Positions 31,589 through 42,487 of a stretch of 64,000 nt of DNA are shown here, one piece after another (the stretch's first letter is position 1; every line of letters begins with the position of its first letter). The DNA is taken from NCBI GenBank assembly GCA_034189385.1, contig JAXHVD010000011.1, positions 81,388 through 145,387 on the forward strand, in the 5' to 3' direction. The notes under the pieces were generated by a model. It saw nothing but the letters and a program-made list of their open reading frames with translations, searched no databases and had not been told where the DNA came from. The translations under genes and the position numbers were made by a program. Source of the DNA: Thermodesulfobacteriota bacterium (GTDB lineage Bacteria; Desulfobacterota; Desulfobacteria; Desulfobacterales; C00003060).

Positions 31589-33364
31589 ATGGACGAAAAA
31601 GATGAGAAGTTTCCAGACCCTAAAAAAGTCGAAAAAGAGATAAGCGATTTCCTTTCAGAAAAATTTGGGGGTCGCGTGAAACTCATTACCCCAATGGTCG
31701 TTCCCCGTGAAGAGGCCTTTGACACAGAAGAAGAGCCTCCCAAAAAGAAGAGGATCGACTTCTCATTAAAACCTGAAGAACTTGAGGCCTACCTTGACCA
31801 GTACCTCGTGAAACAGGACGAGGCCAAGGCGATCTTGGCCACCAAGATCTGTACCCATTTCAATCGCATCAAGCATGCCCAATCGTCTGATCAGAATGCC
31901 CAACCCATACTGGGAAACATCAAGAACAACATCCTGATGATAGGGCCCACCGGTGTGGGCAAGACCTACGTGATCAAATTGATTGCCCAGAAGATCGGCG
32001 CGCCCTTTGTCAAGGGAGATGCCACGAAGTTCAGTGAGACCGGTTATGTGGGAGGGGACGTCGAAGATTTGGTACGGGACCTCGTGCGGGAAGCAGATGA
32101 TGACATTGAGCTGGCCCAATATGGCATCATCTACATCGACGAGATTGACAAAATCGGGGCCTGCAACCACCTCATCGGGCCGGATGTTTCTCGCACCGGT
32201 GTTCAGCGCGCCCTGCTGAAGCCGATGGAAGAGACCGAGGTGGACTTGAAGGTGCCCCATGATCCCATATCCATGCTTGAGGAGGTAGAGCGTTACCGAA
32301 AGACCGGTAAGCGCAAGAAACGGGTCGTCAACACCAAGAACATCCTCTTCATCATGAGCGGCGCCTTTAACGAACTGGCAGAGATCATTAGAAAGCGGGT
32401 GGCCGATCAGGGGATGGGATTTGGGGCGGTCGTCAAGAGCCGTTTGGACGCATTGGACTACCTGCAGTATACCAAACCAGAGGACCTCATCAAGTTTGGA
32501 TTCGAAACGGAGTTCATCGGTCGCCTGCCGGTGATCTCGCTATTTGAAAAACTCAGTGAAGAGGACCTTTTTGCCATTCTAAAGAACCCGAACAACCCTG
32601 TGATTCTTAGCAAGAAGCTCGACTTCAAGGCCTATGGAATAGATGTCAAGTTCGATGTCTCGGCACTGCGAGCCATGGCCCGCCTTGCCTGTAAAGAGGG
32701 AACAGGGGCTCGCGCACTCGTGAGCGTCATTGAAAAGGCTTTGCTGAAGTTTGAGAAAAGGCTTCCTTCGACGGATGTAAAGAAGCTTCCAATAACTAAA
32801 GACGTGGTAAATGATCCCTCAAAGGCGCTTCAGGAGATCGTCTCCGAGTCCAATAGGGACAAGTGGAATAAACTTCACGAGAAACTCGTGGAAGAGGAGA
32901 AGAAATCCATTGCAGCGTATGTGGAGGAACACCAAGGGCCCCTTGCCGACAAATACCACATGGCCTTGACACCTTCCAGGATTCGTCTGATTGCCGACAT
33001 CTATGCCCTGAGCACATGCGATGTGAACACAGTGATGGATGCCATCAGAGAGCGCCTGGATAAGATTGAAAACATGGAGGCCTACTTCCGCAAGACCCAT
33101 GAGCTGGATGTAGCACTCGATGAAGAGGCTAAAGATATGGTGATCCTACAGATGAGCACTTCTGAAGGAGCCCTTGGAAATGTTTATAAGAGACTGACGT
33201 CGGACTTTGAGGATGGGCTTAAGCTTATCCGCGATAGAACCGGCAGGAAGGCTTTTGTTATCTCTAAAGAAGGGCTGGAAGACCCAGAGGGTTTTCTAGG
33301 GTCTTTGATCAAAAGCATGTATCCCGACGATAGCGGGCCCCATTCAGAGGTGAAAAGCCAATAG
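31589..33364 (+). CDS. ClpX-like AAA+ ATPase lacking the N-terminal zinc-binding domain
   Basis: NILMIGPTGVGKT, DATKFSETGYVGGDVE, IYIDEIDKI, DVSRTGVQRALLK, EFIGRLP, TGARAL. Confidence 0.85.
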   Translation: MDEKDEKFPDPKKVEKEISDFLSEKFGGRVKLITPMVVPREEAFDTEEEPPKKKRIDFSLKPEELEAYLDQYLVKQDEAKAILATKICTHFNRIKHAQSSDQNAQPILGNIKNNILMIGPTGVGKTYVIKLIAQKIGAPFVKGDATKFSETGYVGGDVEDLVRDLVREADDDIELAQYGIIYIDEIDKIGACNHLIGPDVSRTGVQRALLKPMEETEVDLKVPHDPISMLEEVERYRKTGKRKKRVVNTKNILFIMSGAFNELAEIIRKRVADQGMGFGAVVKSRLDALDYLQYTKPEDLIKFGFETEFIGRLPVISLFEKLSEEDLFAILKNPNNPVILSKKLDFKAYGIDVKFDVSALRAMARLACKEGTGARALVSVIEKALLKFEKRLPSTDVKKLPITKDVVNDPSKALQEIVSESNRDKWNKLHEKLVEEEKKSIAAYVEEHQGPLADKYHMALTPSRIRLIADIYALSTCDVNTVMDAIRERLDKIENMEAYFRKTHELDVALDEEAKDMVILQMSTSEGALGNVYKRLTSDFEDGLKLIRDRTGRKAFVISKEGLEDPEGFLGSLIKSMYPDDSGPHSEVKSQ

Positions 33365-33465
33365 GTCTGTTATCATTGTCCTTTGGATGCGGCTTCACGC
33401 CAGGGTTCTGCCCTCCAAGTCTATGGCGATCATGGATGACTGCAACTAATTAGAAGAGGTGCGCC

Positions 33466-34443
33466 ATGCTGTTTCCAGACTACAGGCCTAGACGGCTTCG
33501 GCAAAATGAGAATTTCAGACGGATGATACGCGAAACACGACTTTCCGTTGATGACCTCATTCTACCCCTCTTTGCCGTAGAGGGAAAGGGTGTCAAAAAC
33601 GCCATACCGTCTATGCCAGGGCATTATCAGCTTTCTGCAGACCATATTGTCAAAGAGGTCAAGGTTGCCCGCGATCTGGGGATCCCTGCTGTGATGCTCT
33701 TTGGCATTCCCAACAAGAAAGACGCCATGGGCACGGGCGCCTATGCAAAGAACGGCATCGTCCAGAAGACTGTCAAGAGGATAAAGGACAAGGTCTCAGA
33801 CGTGGTGATCATCACCGACGTGTGTCTTTGCGAGTATACTGATCACGGACACTGCGGCATGGTCCATGACGGCATCATTGCCAATGATGCCACCTTGGAG
33901 CTTCTGGCACGAACGGCCCTTTCCCACGCCCAAGCAGGGGCAGACATGGTGGCTCCTTCAGACATGATGGACGGCCGTGTTGCGGAAATACGAGAGACCC
34001 TAGACGAAAATGGTTTTGAAAACACGCCCATCATGTCCTATGCTGCCAAGTACTGCTCGGCTTTTTATTACCCCTTCCGGCAGGCCGCTGAATCGGCCCC
34101 ACAATTTGGAGACCGGCGGACCTACCAGATGGACCCCCCCAATAGCCTGGAGGCTATTCGTGAAGTGAGTATGGACGTGGAAGAGGGCGCTGATATTATC
34201 ATGGTCAAACCTGCCCTGCCCTATCTTGATATCATTTGCAGGGTTCGAGAGGAAGTGGATCTGCCAGTAGCAGCCTACAATGTCAGCGGAGAGTTCGCTA
34301 TGGTCAAGGCTGCCGACAAGTTGGGGTGGTTAGACGGAAGAAAGGTGATGATGGAATGCCTGATGGGCATAAGGCGCGCTGGAGCAGATATGATTTTGAC
34401 GTACTTTGCCAAAGAGGCGGCAAAGGAGCTTTCTAACGGGTGA
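33466..34443 (+). CDS. hemB: Porphobilinogen synthase
   Basis: [39 protein letters not shown]. Confidence 0.97.
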   Translation: MLFPDYRPRRLRQNENFRRMIRETRLSVDDLILPLFAVEGKGVKNAIPSMPGHYQLSADHIVKEVKVARDLGIPAVMLFGIPNKKDAMGTGAYAKNGIVQKTVKRIKDKVSDVVIITDVCLCEYTDHGHCGMVHDGIIANDATLELLARTALSHAQAGADMVAPSDMMDGRVAEIRETLDENGFENTPIMSYAAKYCSAFYYPFRQAAESAPQFGDRRTYQMDPPNSLEAIREVSMDVEEGADIIMVKPALPYLDIICRVREEVDLPVAAYNVSGEFAMVKAADKLGWLDGRKVMMECLMGIRRAGADMILTYFAKEAAKELSNG

Positions 34444-34462
34444 TATAGGAAAGGGGTTTCCA

Positions 34463-35569
34463 TTGAAAGAACATCCTCCAACAACGAATAGAACCCACGG
34501 TCAGGGTAATGAGAAGGGATCGGAGCTGCGACTTGTCGCCTGGGAGGTGACGCGCAACTGCAACCTAAACTGCATTCACTGTCGTGCTGCAGCCACCAGA
34601 GGACACCACGCAGGCGAACTGGATACAGAGGCCTGTTTCAGACTCCTGGACCAGATCAAGGAGGTGGGCAGGCCTGTGATTATCCTTACGGGCGGTGAGC
34701 CCCTTCTTCGGCCAGACATATTCGACATTGCGCGCTACGGTACAAAGCAGGGGTTGCGCATGGTCATGGCCCCCAATGGCACCCTCATCACCGAGGCCAA
34801 TGCAAAGGAGATGGTGGCAGCAGGTATTCAAAGAATCAGCATCAGCCTGGACGGGGCCAACGAGGAAAGCCACGACCGCTTTCGCCAGGTGGATGGGGCC
34901 TTCCAGGGGGCACTAAACGGCATCAAATGGGTCAAGAAGGCTGGCCTTGACTTTCAGATAAACACCACGATCACTCAGCAAAACTTCGAAGACCTGCCAC
35001 GGATTCAGGAACTGGCCGTTGAGCTGGGGGCGGTGGCCCACCATATCTTTTTGCTTGTTCCAACGGGCAGGGGGAAATACATTGTAGATCAGGAAATTTC
35101 TGCCCAGCAGTACGAAGAGACCCTCAACTGGTTTTATGACCAGAGGGACAAGGTGCCTCTCCAGCTGAAGGCCACCTGTGCCCCCCACTATTACAGGATA
35201 TTGAGAGAGCGGGCCCGTGAGGAAGGCAAGAAGGTGACGTTTCAGACCCACGGCCTTGACGCCGTGACGCGAGGGTGTCTGGGAGGTACCAGCTTCTGCT
35301 TTGTCTCAAATACCGGTGTGGTCCAGCCCTGTGGCTTTCTCGACCTCAATTGTGGCAATGTAAAGGAGACGCCTTTTCCCCGTATCTGGAAAGAAGCAGA
35401 GGTATTCCTGGCCCTGAGAGATTTCAATAGACTGAAGGGGAAGTGCGGTAGATGCGAGTACCGAAAGGTCTGTGGAGGGTGCCGTGCCAGGGCCTATGAG
35501 GCCACAGGCGACTTCCTTGCCGAAGAGCCCCTGTGCCAGTATCAGCCCAAAGGCACGCTTGGGGACTGA
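34463..35569 (+). CDS. ahbD: Radical SAM/SPASM heme b synthase (AhbD-like)
   Basis: AWEVTRNCNLNCIHC, LLVPTGRG, LKATCAPHYYR, SPASM cysteines; follows hemB. Start uncertain. Confidence 0.8.
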   Translation: MKEHPPTTNRTHGQGNEKGSELRLVAWEVTRNCNLNCIHCRAAATRGHHAGELDTEACFRLLDQIKEVGRPVIILTGGEPLLRPDIFDIARYGTKQGLRMVMAPNGTLITEANAKEMVAAGIQRISISLDGANEESHDRFRQVDGAFQGALNGIKWVKKAGLDFQINTTITQQNFEDLPRIQELAVELGAVAHHIFLLVPTGRGKYIVDQEISAQQYEETLNWFYDQRDKVPLQLKATCAPHYYRILRERAREEGKKVTFQTHGLDAVTRGCLGGTSFCFVSNTGVVQPCGFLDLNCGNVKETPFPRIWKEAEVFLALRDFNRLKGKCGRCEYRKVCGGCRARAYEATGDFLAEEPLCQYQPKGTLGD

Positions 35570-35662
35570 GACATCTTTTTAAGGCCTTAGAAAGATCTTC
35601 TTTCCCGGCACAAGGATTCATCCCCGGCCTCTGGCCCAACGGGCAGGACCCGGCATGAATTC

Positions 35663-35691
35663 TTGACAGGGAAAAGACATAGTGTTAGAAA
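35663..35691 (+). promoter_or_regulatory. Sigma70-type promoter for tRNA-Pro
   Basis: TTGACA-17 bp-TAGAAA, 15 bp upstream of the tRNA. Confidence 0.6.
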
Positions 35692-35706
35692 CACTTCCAC
35701 AGTTGG

Positions 35707-35784
<78 letters not shown>

Positions 35785-35811
35785 TACATGAAGTAAAATC
35801 AATAAGTTCTG

Positions 35812-35852
35812 AAGAGCCAAGACCTACTTTTCTGTGGGTTTTGGCTTTTTTT
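35812..35852 (+). terminator. Terminator after tRNA-Pro
   Basis: AGCCAAGACCTAC/GTGGGTTTTGGCT hairpin followed by a T-run. Confidence 0.6.
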
Positions 35853-35910
35853 GTGGCTTTGTGTAACCTACTTTTCTTCTGGACTATTTTCGCAGGATGT
35901 AAGTTTCTGA

Positions 35911-37263
35911 GATAACGTATAAAATTTTTCGCACATTTTGAGGCGGTGGCCTCAATATGGTTAAATGGGAGTTGCAAGACTAACCGTTTAACCAGGGAAG
36001 GAGGCCACCATGTCAGACAGTGTATCGAAAAAGCTCGGAAAAGTCATCCAGATCGATGAGGACCAGATCCAACAGCACCTGGGAGACTTGGTGCGCGGCA
36101 CCGTAGAAGAGACGCTGAACAAGCTTCTGGATGCCGAAGCAGATCAGCTATGCAATGCTACTCGTTACGAGCGAACCGAGGCTCGTCAAGATACCCGAGC
36201 GGGTCATTACAGACGCAGGCTTCACACCAAGGCTGGTGAGGTGGAGTTGAAGGTGCCCAAATTACGTGAGCAAAAGTTTGAAACGGCTATTATCGAACGC
36301 TACAGGCGCCGGGAGTCGTCGGTGGAGGAGGCCCTGATCGAGATGTATTTAGCCGGAGTTTCAGTTCGCCGTGTTGAAGACATCACCCAGGCCCTGTGGG
36401 GAACCCGTGTCAGCCCAGGCACGGTCAGCAACTTAAACAAGAAGATCTACGCTCGCATTGAAAAGTGGCGCAACCGGCCTATTGAAGGGCAGTTCCCCTA
36501 TGTTTATCTCGACGGCATCGTTTTAAAGCGCACATGGGCCGACCAAGTGGCCAATGTGTCCGTATTAGTGGCCATTGGAGTCGCTGACGATGGATACCGC
36601 CAGATCCTGGGAGTTTGTGAAGGTGCCAAGGAGGACAAGGCCGGCTGGAGTGGCTTTCTACGGCATTTAAAAAAGCGTGGCCTGTCCAAGGTTCAGCTTT
36701 TTGTCAGCGATGCCTGCCTGGGGCTGATCGAGTCGATCCACGAGTTTTACCCGGACAGCAGGTGGCAGCGTTGCATCGTGCATTTTTATAGAAACGTTTT
36801 CACGATGGTTCCCCGCGGAAAGGTCAAGCATGTGGCGAGGATGCTAAAGGCCATTCACGCCTCTGAGGATCGTCCTGCAGCAAAGGAAAAGGCCAGGGCT
36901 GTTATCCAGAAACTCAAGGATCAGAAGCTTTCCGGAGCTGCAAAGAAGATAGAAGACAGCATTGACGAGACCTTAACGTACTATGATTTTCCAAGTGCCC
37001 ACTGGCGTCGGATCCGCACGAACAATCCTCTGGAGCGCATCCTGCGGGAGGTGAGACGACGAACCCGCGTAGTAGGTGCCTTTCCTGATGGTAATTCTGC
37101 CCTCATGCTGGTGGCAGCTCGCCTGCGCCACATCGCCGGCACCCGGTGGGGAACCAGACGGTATCTCAATATGCAATTACTAACCCAAGTGAACAGAGAG
37201 GAAGAATTTGCTGCTTAACCACATGGCCACCGCACAAAAGTGCGAAAGATTCTTGACAGTACC
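35911..37263 (+). mobile_element. IS256-family insertion sequence with 8-bp target-site duplication GTTTCTGA
   Basis: Imperfect terminal IRs (GATAACGTATAAAATTTTTCGCAC... and ...GTGCGAAAGATTCTTGACAGTACC); GTTTCTGA at 35903-35910 and 37264-37271. Confidence 0.92.
36010..37218 (+). CDS. IS256-family (Mutator-type DDE) transposase
   Basis: LKVPKLR, YLAGVSVRRV, YVYLDG, VSDA..GL, WQRCIVHF, IRTNNPLER. Confidence 0.95.
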   Translation: MSDSVSKKLGKVIQIDEDQIQQHLGDLVRGTVEETLNKLLDAEADQLCNATRYERTEARQDTRAGHYRRRLHTKAGEVELKVPKLREQKFETAIIERYRRRESSVEEALIEMYLAGVSVRRVEDITQALWGTRVSPGTVSNLNKKIYARIEKWRNRPIEGQFPYVYLDGIVLKRTWADQVANVSVLVAIGVADDGYRQILGVCEGAKEDKAGWSGFLRHLKKRGLSKVQLFVSDACLGLIESIHEFYPDSRWQRCIVHFYRNVFTMVPRGKVKHVARMLKAIHASEDRPAAKEKARAVIQKLKDQKLSGAAKKIEDSIDETLTYYDFPSAHWRRIRTNNPLERILREVRRRTRVVGAFPDGNSALMLVAARLRHIAGTRWGTRRYLNMQLLTQVNREEEFAA

Positions 37264-37922
37264 GTTTCTGAAATTAAAGCATCCGATTCTTCAAAGAATT
37301 CGCTTGGCCTTCCCTCTTGTCGACAATTTCCCGCTTTGACAGCATGTTACCACACATTTGTCTGAAAGGCGCTTTTTGCGCCTTTCAGGGACGCCTTAGG
37401 ATCGCTTCAGGCCTGGTGTCACTCGCACTTCTCACTCAGAATCACTGCTCTCCCGACAGTACAACCCACACCGTGGCTGGAATGTCGAAACAACTATGGC
37501 CCACGGTCTTCTTTCACCAAGCTGCTCGTGCGTTCGAATGCAATTTGCCATATGCCACATAAACGACTTTGCTTCCAGTGTGTTATATAACGGGCAATAA
37601 TCCAACCTCGGCGACACCGCTTTTATAAGTTTCGTCTGGGAAGGTTTTGCCTTCTCCGTTTTAGCTCTCCGGGCGTGATGATCTTGTCCAGAAATAGCAA
37701 GTATCATCTTTCTCATTCATTCCGCTCAAGGCCTTTCTCCTTCGAAAACTACTCTGTGTGTAGTATTGGGGCTACCCTCCTTGGCGAAATAGGGTCTTAA
37801 AATAGAGAAATTACATGTTTTACCCCATTGATTCTTCAGTGCTTCAAACATAATTAATTGAATTCACACTGGTTGCTCCCTGTGCGTTGGGATTGACGTT
37901 TGAAAGTGCCTTTAGATTGCCA

Positions 37923-38119
37923 TTGAACCCTCCCCGTGGCCTGCGAAGCACTGCCAACGGGCAGAACCCACTGGGAATGTTCTCCCTCACGGGAGATCTC
38001 CGCAGCACCGTAAGGTTGTTCTCTTTTTAACTATAGGCTCGCTAACCCCACAGCCTGCGCCGCGCTAGCACTGCCAACGGGCAGAACCTTCGGGGAATGC
38101 GCTCGCTTATTCGGTTCAA
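37923..38119 (+). repeat. Palindromic MITE/REP-like element, full copy 2
   Basis: TTGAACC...GGTTCAA terminal IR; two CCCC-N-GC/GGGAAT hairpins, each with a loop unit. Confidence 0.8.
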
Positions 38120-38267
38120 GAACTGGCAAGGGGTGTGATGGTATGTTCAGATTCCAATCGACTCTAGTCTTTCTGTTGGCCATGTGTGTAACTTGTTGAC
38201 CCTGCAGCCGTTTGTGCCTTGTTTAGGTCAAGAATTGAGCAAATGTCATAGACTTGGAGGTGTGTCC

Positions 38268-39398
38268 ATGGTCACTAAATATGCTCCTAGACGTTACCTG
38301 AGCTGGCTGGCTAACGCCTGCTTGGCTCTTCTTGTGGTTATAGCCGTTTTGGGCTGTGAAAAAGAGGAACGGCCGCCGGAAATCATTCGAACTGTCAAGT
38401 GGATGAAAGTGTCTGCCACGGGAGCCACCATCGTCCGGAGAATCTCTGGGGTGGTCAAGGCCGTGGATGAAACCTATCTCAGCTTTGCTGTCGGGGGAAC
38501 GGTGGAAAAGGTGAGTGTTAAACTTGGGGATCGGGTTCGAGAAAACGATGTCCTCGCTGTATTGGATACCCAGCCCTTTGACCTGGCGGTCCGTAACGCC
38601 GAAGCAGAACTTAAGAAAGCCGAGGCCCAGGTCATAGAAAGGCGGGCAAATTATGAGCGAATCAGCGCTCTTTATGAATCCAATAATGCGAGCAAGGCAG
38701 AGCTGGATGAAGCCCGCGCTAGCTTCGACAGTGCAAAGAGCCAGGTGAAAGCAGGAAAAGCGAATCTTGGACTGGCCCTGCGGGATCTGAGCAAGACATC
38801 TCTCAAGGCACCATACAAAGGGATCGTATCACTGAAAGAGATCGAACCGTTTGTGGAGGTCAAAGCTGGGCAATCTATTTTTGGGCTGGATGGAGTCGAA
38901 AGTGGGTTTGAGGTCTCTGTGGCTGTCCCGGAGAACCTCGTGATCCGTATTTCCTCAGGCCAGAAAGCAGATGTGTACTTTCAGACCCTGCAAAATCGTG
39001 TCGTTTCGGGGGTCGTCACAGAGGTGGGTACAAGGTCGCAAACGGCAAATACCTACCCAGTCATGGTAAGACTCGATGAACAGTTTTCAGAACTCAGATC
39101 CGGCATGTCCGTAGAGGTTGTTTTCGAATATGGAGCCAGATCAGAGACAGGAGAATCCATCGATAAGGGCTTCCAAGTTCCTGTCACGGCAATCCTCGCG
39201 GGACCGAGCGACGAGCACTTTGTGTTCGTTTATAATGAAAGCACGTCCATGGTTGAAAAGAGGCCCGTGGAAGGCGTCACGGTTCATGGAAACGATGTGA
39301 TACTAAAGACCGGCGTGAAGGACGGGGATATTGTGGTAACTGCCGGGGTGGAGTTCTTAAATGACCAGCAGAAAGTCAAATTGATGGAGACTAAGTAG
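38268..39398 (+). CDS. RND efflux periplasmic adaptor (MFP) lipoprotein
   Basis: Lipobox VLGC; LSFAVGGTV..V.VKLGDRV; LKAPYKGIV; GMSVEV. Confidence 0.92.
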   Translation: MVTKYAPRRYLSWLANACLALLVVIAVLGCEKEERPPEIIRTVKWMKVSATGATIVRRISGVVKAVDETYLSFAVGGTVEKVSVKLGDRVRENDVLAVLDTQPFDLAVRNAEAELKKAEAQVIERRANYERISALYESNNASKAELDEARASFDSAKSQVKAGKANLGLALRDLSKTSLKAPYKGIVSLKEIEPFVEVKAGQSIFGLDGVESGFEVSVAVPENLVIRISSGQKADVYFQTLQNRVVSGVVTEVGTRSQTANTYPVMVRLDEQFSELRSGMSVEVVFEYGARSETGESIDKGFQVPVTAILAGPSDEHFVFVYNESTSMVEKRPVEGVTVHGNDVILKTGVKDGDIVVTAGVEFLNDQQKVKLMETK

Positions 39399-39407
39399 GG
39401 AGGGCCT

Positions 39408-42400
39408 ATGAACCTGACCGGCTTTTCTCTCAAAAATGCTCGTTTCGTCATGCTGCTGGTGGGGCTGTTGGCGGCCGCCGGTATCGCCATGTACACGAAT
39501 TTTCCGAGCAAGGAAGACGCCGTCATCACCATTCGGGATGCGGTGGTTACCACGTACTATCCCGGCATGTCCCCCCGGCGCATGGAAGACCTCGTCACCC
39601 GTAAGGTGGAGGAGTACATCCGCCAGATCCCGGAAGTGGAAGACATCTACGATGCCAAATCCACCACCGGCATGTCTATTGTCTATGTGAATGTGTACGA
39701 TAAATTTTTCGACATGCAACCCATCTGGCAGGACCTCCGGAACAAGATGAATGACGTAAAGGGGGAATTGCCGGAAGGGACCATCGGTCCTTTTGTCAAC
39801 GATGAGTTCGGGGATGTGTCGGTAATCCTCGGCGCGCTGACTGCCAAAGGGTTCTCCATGGCTGAGATGCGCGATGTGGCCCGTGACCTCCGGGACGATC
39901 TCTATACCATTGACGGCATCCGTAAGGTCACCCTTCATGGTGTACAGAAGGAAAGGGTCTTTCTGGAAATGACCAACGCTCGCTTGGCACAATACGGTTT
40001 AAGCCCCGGCGAGTTGGGGCGGATCCTGAGGCAGCAAAACATCATCCTACCAGGGGGGGCCATCGACACCGGGGCCTTGGAAATGGTCGTGGAGCCTTCA
40101 GGAAGCTTCCGCAATGTGGAAGATATCGAAAACGTGGTGATCAAGCTTCCGGGATCCAAGGAGGTGGCCTATCTCCGCGACATCGTCAAAGTAAAACGGG
40201 CCTATGTGGACCCTCCTGCCAACAAGGCCTACTTCAATGGGAGCCCTGCCATTATTCTGGCCATAGAACAGATGGAGAAAGGGGTTAATGTCCTGGAATT
40301 CAGCCCCCGGGTGAAAACGCGGCTCGAAGAATGGCAGACGCGACTTCCTTTGGGTTACAAACTGGACATTGCCCATTATCAGGCGGATTATGTGGAAGAG
40401 TCCGTAAGTGGCGTTGAAATAAATCTTTTGCAGACACTGGTTACGGTTCTCATCGTGGTCATGCTTTTTTTGGGTTGGCGGACCGGTTTGATCGTGGGCT
40501 CGGTCGTTCCGCTAACCATGATTCTTTCCATCGTGGTGATGGGAGTCATTGAGCTGGAACTTCATCGCATCACCCTGGCCACCATGATCATATCTCTGGG
40601 CCTGCTCGTGGACAACGGCATCGTGATAGCCGAAGAAATCGGAAGGCGTATGCTGGAGGGAGAAAGCCGGCAAGACGCATGCATAAATGCCGGTAAGGCC
40701 CTTGCCCTGCCCCTTTTGACTTCGTCGTTGACAACGATCCTGGCCTTTGTACCCCTGGCCATGGCACCGAATGCTACAGGGGAATACCTGAGTTCCATGG
40801 CAAAGGTTATAGCGATTACCCTGCTTACGTCATGGGTTCTCGCTACCTGTGTAACGCCCCTCATGTGCTACAAATTTTTAAAACCAAAGACTCTGACGGA
40901 CGAAGAAATCAAGGCCCAGTATGAACGACCCATGTACCAGAAGTACAAGGGTTTTCTGGTCTTTATCATGCGACAAAAGGTGCTGTTTCTCATCGTCGTA
41001 GCCGGTATGATGGTCGGTTCTGTCATGCTGATGAAATTGGTGAGAAAACAGTTCATGCCCGACGCAGAAAGAAACCAGTTCATGGTCTATCTGGATGTCC
41101 CGGCAGGTTACGGGACCAATGCAACGGATCAAACGGTTAAGCGATTTCTTAATTGGCTTCACGACAAGGAGATAAATCCGGAAGTTGAGGCAAGCCTTGC
41201 TTACGTGGGTTACGGCGGCCCCCGTTTCTTTCAGACATTCGGGCCTCGATCGGCGGCTTCCAATATTTCGTATGTATTGGTTAGCACCAAAGAATGGGAA
41301 TCTGTCCTGCCGGCGGTTGACAAAACGAGGAATTATCTCAGTGAGAAATTTCCCGAAGCCTACGGCCGTGTGAAAAAATTCTGGATGGGCGCCAACGAGA
41401 CGGGATTGGTGGAAGTTCGGATTTCCGGGCCGCAGCATGACGTCATATATGAAGCTGGAGAACGGGTGATGGCTGCGCTTCGGAGCATCCCCGGAACAAC
41501 GGACATTTATAACGACTGGGAGAACCGTGTTACGAAAGTCGCGGTAGAAATCGACCAGCCACGAGCCAGACGAGCCGGTGTCTCATCTGAGGAGATTGCC
41601 GACAGCCTTAATGCCTTTTTCAGCGGTACGGCCATCACAGACTACCGGGAAGGCGACAAGGTCATTCCCATCGTGTTCCGCGCTGAAGGGGTGGAGCGCA
41701 AGACCATCGAAAGGCTGCGCACCGTGGATGTCTATTCCTCCATAAACAAGGTAAACGTGCCTTTGATGCAGGTAGCGGATCTCAAGGGAGTAACCGAGTA
41801 CAGTCAGATTATGCGCCGGAACCTTCTGCCGACGGTCACCATCGAAGCCAAGCACGCGTGGCTCCAGGCGGCAGAGTTGGAGGCAGCCCTCATACCGAAG
41901 CTCAAGGAGATCATGAAGGATCTGCCGCAAGGCCATTTCTGGGAGTTCGGCGGAGAGTCTGAAAATTCAGCCAACGCGCAAAAGGCATTGGCCATATTTA
42001 TACCACATGCCCTGGGGGCCATGTTTTTACTCATGGTCTGGCAATTCAACTCCTATGCCAAACCTGCTATTATCTTCATCACCATCCCCCTGGTCCTCAT
42101 AGGTGCAGCTCCGGGAATGCTAATTACCCGTGCATTTTTCGGTTTCATGGCCATTCTTGGTTTCCTTAGTTTAGCGGGCATTATCATAAACAACGCCATC
42201 GTGTTACTCGAATCGATGCAGAACGAGATCGATGATGGTGCAAGGCCATATGACGCCATCCTTACGGCGTGCCTGACCCGCTTCAAACCGGTCTTCATGA
42301 CGACGTTGACGACCATCCTGGGTCTTTTGTCCTTGATGATCCCCCCGGACCCGTTGTTTTTTGCCATGGGCGTCGTGATCAGCTTCGGTCTTGGTGCGGG

Positions 42401-42476
42401 CACAGTGCTGACCCTGGCGGTGGTTCCAGTGCTCTATGCGCTCTTGTTCAGGGTGCAGATTCCAAAAGGCGGGTAG
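39408..42476 (+). CDS. RND efflux permease (AcrB family)
   Basis: About 1020 aa; LGLLVDNGIVIAE, SSLTTILAFVPL, GIIINNAIVL, RFKPVFMTTLTT. Confidence 0.95.
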   Translation: MNLTGFSLKNARFVMLLVGLLAAAGIAMYTNFPSKEDAVITIRDAVVTTYYPGMSPRRMEDLVTRKVEEYIRQIPEVEDIYDAKSTTGMSIVYVNVYDKFFDMQPIWQDLRNKMNDVKGELPEGTIGPFVNDEFGDVSVILGALTAKGFSMAEMRDVARDLRDDLYTIDGIRKVTLHGVQKERVFLEMTNARLAQYGLSPGELGRILRQQNIILPGGAIDTGALEMVVEPSGSFRNVEDIENVVIKLPGSKEVAYLRDIVKVKRAYVDPPANKAYFNGSPAIILAIEQMEKGVNVLEFSPRVKTRLEEWQTRLPLGYKLDIAHYQADYVEESVSGVEINLLQTLVTVLIVVMLFLGWRTGLIVGSVVPLTMILSIVVMGVIELELHRITLATMIISLGLLVDNGIVIAEEIGRRMLEGESRQDACINAGKALALPLLTSSLTTILAFVPLAMAPNATGEYLSSMAKVIAITLLTSWVLATCVTPLMCYKFLKPKTLTDEEIKAQYERPMYQKYKGFLVFIMRQKVLFLIVVAGMMVGSVMLMKLVRKQFMPDAERNQFMVYLDVPAGYGTNATDQTVKRFLNWLHDKEINPEVEASLAYVGYGGPRFFQTFGPRSAASNISYVLVSTKEWESVLPAVDKTRNYLSEKFPEAYGRVKKFWMGANETGLVEVRISGPQHDVIYEAGERVMAALRSIPGTTDIYNDWENRVTKVAVEIDQPRARRAGVSSEEIADSLNAFFSGTAITDYREGDKVIPIVFRAEGVERKTIERLRTVDVYSSINKVNVPLMQVADLKGVTEYSQIMRRNLLPTVTIEAKHAWLQAAELEAALIPKLKEIMKDLPQGHFWEFGGESENSANAQKALAIFIPHALGAMFLLMVWQFNSYAKPAIIFITIPLVLIGAAPGMLITRAFFGFMAILGFLSLAGIIINNAIVLLESMQNEIDDGARPYDAILTACLTRFKPVFMTTLTTILGLLSLMIPPDPLFFAMGVVISFGLGAGTVLTLAVVPVLYALLFRVQIPKGG

Positions 42477-42487
42477 TCTGATGGGCG

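Noticed and set aside
31589..35569. Functional link between the ClpX-like ATPase and heme synthesis
   Set aside because: Adjacency only; the known ClpX-ALAS link does not apply to a HemB/Ahb pathway.
37272..37920. Short ORFs after IS256 (37317-37562 and 37432-37716)
   Set aside because: No recognisable motifs; possibly decayed DNA, but no gene call can be supported.
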